From an uncultured Acidobacteriaceae bacterium (lineage in GTDB: Bacteria; Acidobacteriota; Terriglobia; Terriglobales; Acidobacteriaceae): a DNA stretch of 64,000 bases. The position numbers and the translations under genes are program-made. Of the stretch, positions 60,127-64,000 are shown in pieces. A model generated the notes under the pieces. That model did no database searches, was not told the DNA's origin, and worked only from the letters and a program-made list of their open reading frames with translations. The stretch is taken from the NCBI GenBank assembly GCA_963796535.1, contig CAWCMO010000022.1, forward strand, positions 147-64,146. Direction: 5' to 3'. Within the stretch, counting starts at the first letter, position 1; each line of letters begins with the position of its first letter.

Positions 60127-61512
60127 CTAGACCTTCGCCCCCTCCAGCACCGCCTCACTCGGAGCCTCGCTCCCAAACTCGCCCTCCCACTTCGCGATCA
60201 CCACGCTCGCCAAACAGTTCCCCACGACATTCACAGTAGTCCGCGCCATATCCATCAGCGCGTCAATTCCGAGGATCACGAAAATCGGCTCCATCGGCAG
60301 ATGGAACTGCGAGGCCGTAGCCAGCAACACCACCAGCATCGCCCGCGGAACTCCTGCGACGCCTTTGCTGGTCAGCATCAGCGTCAACATCATCACCAAC
60401 TGCTGGCCCAGCGTCAGGTGCATCCCCGCCGCCTGCGCCACAAAGATGCTAGCCACGGCAAGATACAGCGTCGACCCATCCAGGTTGAAGCTGTATCCCG
60501 CCGGAATCACGAACGCCACAATCCGCCGCGGAACCCCAAGCGCCTCCATCTGCTCCATCGCGCTCGGCAGCGCAGCTTCACTGGTCGACGTAGCAAACGC
60601 AATCGTCGCCGGCTCCGCCACCGCGCGCAGAAACCGCAGCACCGGCACACGGAACAGCAGGGCCACCGGCAACAGCACGCACACCCCAAACACCACTAGT
60701 GCGCCATACAACGTCACCAGCAGCTTCGTCAGATTCACCAGCACTCCCAGTCCCATGTTCCCGACGGTATAAGCCATCGCCGCCCCCACCGCCACCGGAG
60801 CAAAGTACATCACCACATTCGTAAACCGGAACATTACTTCGCTAAGGCTCTCGCATAGCCTCAACACCGGAGCGCGCTTGGCCTCACTCACCGTCGCCAG
60901 CGCAATCCCGAACAGCACGGCGAACACCACCACTTGCAGCACCTGGCCTTCTGCAATACTCTTCGCGAGGTTCTCCGGAAACACATGCAGCAACACCTCG
61001 TCCCACCGCGTGGCGACCGGCGCAGTCACGATAGGAGCCGCACCTGAGACCGTCAATCCAACCCCAGCCTTACTCACATTGATCGCCACCAGCCCCACCG
61101 CCAGCGCCAGCGTAGTCACCACCTCGAAGTACACCAGCGCCTTCAACCCCATGCGCCCAACGCCCTTCAAATCCCCATGCCCGGCAATCCCAACAATCAG
61201 CGTCGCCAAAATCAGCGGAGCCACAATCGTACGAATCAGCCGCAGAAAGATATCCGAGAACACCCGCAACTGCACCGCAACATGCGGCGCATCGAACCCC
61301 AACTCCGCTCCCGCCACCATCGCGACAAAGATCCACGGCGTAAGACTCTTCCGCCGCCACGCATACACCATCATCAGCGCAACACCGAGCCATCGCACCG
61401 CCAGACTCAACCCATGCGGCGCATGCACTGCTCCCATCACCACGCCCGCAGCCAGCACCGCTCCACCTGCCGCAGCCGCCAGCATCTCACCCATCGCCCG
61501 ACTGTGTGCCAT
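60127..61512 (-). CDS. Dicarboxylate/amino acid:cation symporter (GltP/DctA family)
   Basis: FATSTSEAALP, GYSFNLDGST, SKGVAGVP and DMARTTVNVVGN motifs. Confidence 0.93.
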   Translation of the reverse strand: MAHSRAMGEMLAAAAGGAVLAAGVVMGAVHAPHGLSLAVRWLGVALMMVYAWRRKSLTPWIFVAMVAGAELGFDAPHVAVQLRVFSDIFLRLIRTIVAPLILATLIVGIAGHGDLKGVGRMGLKALVYFEVVTTLALAVGLVAINVSKAGVGLTVSGAAPIVTAPVATRWDEVLLHVFPENLAKSIAEGQVLQVVVFAVLFGIALATVSEAKRAPVLRLCESLSEVMFRFTNVVMYFAPVAVGAAMAYTVGNMGLGVLVNLTKLLVTLYGALVVFGVCVLLPVALLFRVPVLRFLRAVAEPATIAFATSTSEAALPSAMEQMEALGVPRRIVAFVIPAGYSFNLDGSTLYLAVASIFVAQAAGMHLTLGQQLVMMLTLMLTSKGVAGVPRAMLVVLLATASQFHLPMEPIFVILGIDALMDMARTTVNVVGNCLASVVIAKWEGEFGSEAPSEAVLEGAKV

Positions 61513-61570
61513 GGCCCGAAGCATATCAGCCGCGCCCGCCCAGCCGTCTCGGAGACGTACAATTCTCCTC

Positions 61571-62146
61571 ATGAGTCGACTAGCCCTCGCCCTTCTGCTC
61601 ACCGCCATGCCCCTCGGCCTTTCCGCGCAGAACCTTCCACCGGCCAGCGCCGTCAGCCCCTCCACCAACCCGGCCGTCCCTCCACCCGCGAATCCCGCGA
61701 AGCCGGCTTTCACTTACACGCCGATGCACATGCCGAATCTTCCCCCGGGCGTTCTCGAGTTGCTCAAGCTCGAAGGGCAGTTCTCCCAGGCCGTCTCCGA
61801 TGGCGGCGGCAAGGTCTTCAGCACCTGGTTCGCCGACGACGGCGTCACCCTAAATGATGGTCAGCCCGCCGTCCTCGGCCGCTCTGCCATCGCCTCCATC
61901 GCCAATTGGGATCCCGCCGTCTACAAGCTCAGCTGGTACGCCCAGGGAGCTCAGATGGGCCCGTCCAACGATGCCGGCTTCACCTGGGGTCACTATGACG
62001 CCACCACCATCGGCAAGGACGGCAAATCCTCCACCACCAGCGGCCGCTACATCACCTTCTGGAAGAAGGTTCACGGAGAGTGGAAGGTAGCCCTGGACGC
62101 CAGTGCCAACGAGCCTCCAGGCAGCAATGGTCTGCCCACACCATGA
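61571..62146 (+). CDS. Secreted NTF2-like (DUF4440/YybH) protein
   Basis: Signal peptide; DAGFTWGHY and GRYITFWKK..GEWKV motifs. Confidence 0.85.
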   Translation: MSRLALALLLTAMPLGLSAQNLPPASAVSPSTNPAVPPPANPAKPAFTYTPMHMPNLPPGVLELLKLEGQFSQAVSDGGGKVFSTWFADDGVTLNDGQPAVLGRSAIASIANWDPAVYKLSWYAQGAQMGPSNDAGFTWGHYDATTIGKDGKSSTTSGRYITFWKKVHGEWKVALDASANEPPGSNGLPTP

Positions 62147-62637
62147 GCGCTTCTCCCTCCATCCATCCGCAAACCCGCATGGGTCACGTTCACCTCCGCG
62201 TCGCCGACCTCGACCGCGCCCTCGCCTTCTATCACGGCATCCTCGGATTCGACATCACGCTGCGCATGGGCGACTCCGCCGCGTTTCTCTCGGCCGGCGG
62301 CTATCACCACCACATCGGCCTCAACACCTGGGAATCCCTCGGCGGCCAGCCGCCGCCACCCGGAACCACCGGCCTCTACCACCTCGCCGTACTCTACCCC
62401 ACGCGAGCAGCCCTGGCCGACGCCCTCCGCCGCCTCATCGCCGCCAACATCTCTCTCGACGGCGCAGCCGACCACGGCGTCAGCGAAGCCCTCTACCTCC
62501 ACGACCCAGACCTCAACGGCGTCGAGCTCTACTGGGACCGCCCCGAATCCGAATGGCCGCGAGACCCCACCGGAAACCTAACAATGTACACCCGCCCCCT
62601 CGACCTAAAGGGCCTGCTAGCCACCCACGAAGCCTAG
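62143..62637 (+). CDS. VOC/glyoxalase family protein (CatE-like)
   Basis: GHVHLRV, GGYHHHIGLNTW and DHGVSEALYLHDPDLNGVELY motifs. Confidence 0.92.
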   Translation: MSASPSIHPQTRMGHVHLRVADLDRALAFYHGILGFDITLRMGDSAAFLSAGGYHHHIGLNTWESLGGQPPPPGTTGLYHLAVLYPTRAALADALRRLIAANISLDGAADHGVSEALYLHDPDLNGVELYWDRPESEWPRDPTGNLTMYTRPLDLKGLLATHEA

Positions 62638-62644
62638 CTCCGCG

Positions 62645-62679
62645 CAGTTGTCAGTTGTTAGTTCTTAGTTGTCAGTAGC
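62645..62679 (+). repeat. Heptad array after the VOC gene stop
   Basis: CAGTTGT CAGTTGT TAGTTCT TAGTTGT CAGTAGC. Confidence 0.8.
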
Positions 62680-62711
62680 AGCCTCGTCGCCCTTACTGAC
62701 AACCTTCTCCT

Positions 62712-63455
62712 CTACACCAGCGTGTTCCCGCCATTCACCGCGATCTTCTGGCCCGTAACAAACGAAGCAGCATCGCTAGCCAGAAACGCCACCACTTGCC
62801 CAACCTCTTGCGGCAATCCCATCCGTCCCAGCGCAACCCCACGCACATAGCCAAGCTTCTCTTCGTCGGTCGCCTCAAACGCCCGCTCCGTAGGAATCCA
62901 TCCCGGGGCCACCAGGTTCACCGTAATCCCAGACCCTCCGAGCTCACGCGCCCACGACCGCGTCTGTCCCAGCTGCGCCGACTTCGCTGCCACATAATTT
63001 GCAAACCGCGGATTCCCCAACTCCACCACCTCGCTGCCAATCTGGATCACCCGCCCAAACCCGCGCGTGCGCATCCCCGGCAACACCGCCTTCAATAGCA
63101 GCAATGGAGACTTCACAAAAAATTCAAGCTGATCCAGATATGCCTGCCATGTCTGCTCTTCAATCGACAGCAACGGCTGATGTCCCGTAGCATTCACCAC
63201 CAGCACCTCAATCGCCCCAAGCTTTGCCTCAACCTCCCCAACCAGCCGCGCGACCTCAGCCTCATCCCGCACATCCCCCTGGAACGCCTGCGCCACGAAC
63301 CCCCGCGCACACAGCCCTGCACAAAGTTCCTCAGCCCGCGCCGCGCGCTCAAAGTAATTCACCACCACGCGATGCCCGGCCTCGGCCAGCGCCACCGCCA
63401 TCGCCGCGCCCAACCCTCGCGAAGCTCCCGTCACCAACGCAACCCGTCCACTCAT
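62712..63455 (-). CDS. SDR family oxidoreductase
   Basis: TGASRGLG, YVAAK, VNLVAPG and VTGQKIAVNGG motifs. Confidence 0.93.
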   Translation of the reverse strand: MSGRVALVTGASRGLGAAMAVALAEAGHRVVVNYFERAARAEELCAGLCARGFVAQAFQGDVRDEAEVARLVGEVEAKLGAIEVLVVNATGHQPLLSIEEQTWQAYLDQLEFFVKSPLLLLKAVLPGMRTRGFGRVIQIGSEVVELGNPRFANYVAAKSAQLGQTRSWARELGGSGITVNLVAPGWIPTERAFEATDEEKLGYVRGVALGRMGLPQEVGQVVAFLASDAASFVTGQKIAVNGGNTLV

Positions 63456-63472
63456 ACCGACAGCATAGCCTC

Positions 63473-64000
63473 CTATGGCTTCACCGAGCTCAACTGCTCA
63501 TCCTGGTACACCCGCACATAATCCACCAGCATCTCCACGGTCGCCGGAGTAGTCGCCGCCGGCGGTCCCGGCCAATCCCCACCCATCGCCAAATTCAACA
63601 TAAAGAAATACCGCCCATCATCGAACGGCCACACCGCACCCTTGGGCAGATCTTCCCGCGTGTACGTGACATACGGATGAGCCGGATCATCCACGTAATA
63701 CTGCACCCTTCCCGGCGACCAGATCATGCCATACGCATGAAACCCCGCAGCAAACTCCGCGTCCCCCGGCAGCGTAGCCACCGTCGTCAGCGGGGTGCCC
63801 GTAAACCCAATCCCATGCACCGACCCATGAATCTTCCCCGGCTCCTTGCCAATGTTCTCCATGATGTCCAGCTCGCCACACGCCGGCCACGGCCGCTGAT
63901 CGATATTGTCGCCAAGCATCCAGAACGCCGGCCACACGCCCGGACCCGCAGGAATCTGGATCCGCGCCTCAATCCGCCCATACTGAAAACTCTGCAGCCC
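63473..64000 (-). CDS. GH16 glycoside hydrolase (5' end outside the window)
   Basis: FQYGRIEARI, WPAFWML, catalytic ELDIME and VDYVRVY motifs. Confidence 0.92.
   Translation of the reverse strand, partial: GLQSFQYGRIEARIQIPAGPGVWPAFWMLGDNIDQRPWPACGELDIMENIGKEPGKIHGSVHGIGFTGTPLTTVATLPGDAEFAAGFHAYGMIWSPGRVQYYVDDPAHPYVTYTREDLPKGAVWPFDDGRYFFMLNLAMGGDWPGPPAATTPATVEMLVDYVRVYQDEQLSSVKP

Noticed and set aside
1-64000. tRNA, rRNA, transposase, integrase, prophage or defence genes
   Set aside because: No recognisable sequences or motifs were seen by eye.

Overview
This is a chromosomal window from a high-GC bacterium. Gene content and style suggest Acidobacteriota (Granulicella/Edaphobacter-like), but that is an inference. 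Core content: (1) the 5' half of a his operon (hisI-G-D-C-B) under a leaderless His-rich leader peptide and attenuator; (2) aldB-adhP and several secreted enzymes; (3) nnr-tsaE; (4) an interrupted dcw cluster (mraZ rsmH ftsL ftsI murE murF mraY murD ftsW murG // murC ftsQ ftsA // ftsZ); (5) dxs and a dicarboxylate symporter. Five single-base frameshifts, including in ftsA and murF, look like sequencing errors. No rRNA, tRNA, CRISPR array, transposase or integrase was found. The most interesting signals are non-coding: six dif-like 11-6-11 sites bracketing three accessory genes in inverted pairs (a possible Xer-mobilised gene-cassette system); tandem NrdR-like boxes 31 bp apart next to a DnaA box in the mraZ/dcw promoter; YAG-heptad arrays placed right after stop codons; a two-copy 320-425 bp element with periodic TAA-N19-TTA sites; nine co-oriented GTCATTCCC palindromes; a palindrome inserted in frame in murC; and a 34-aa small protein behind two ECF-type promoters. 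All calls are by eye, with no database searches.
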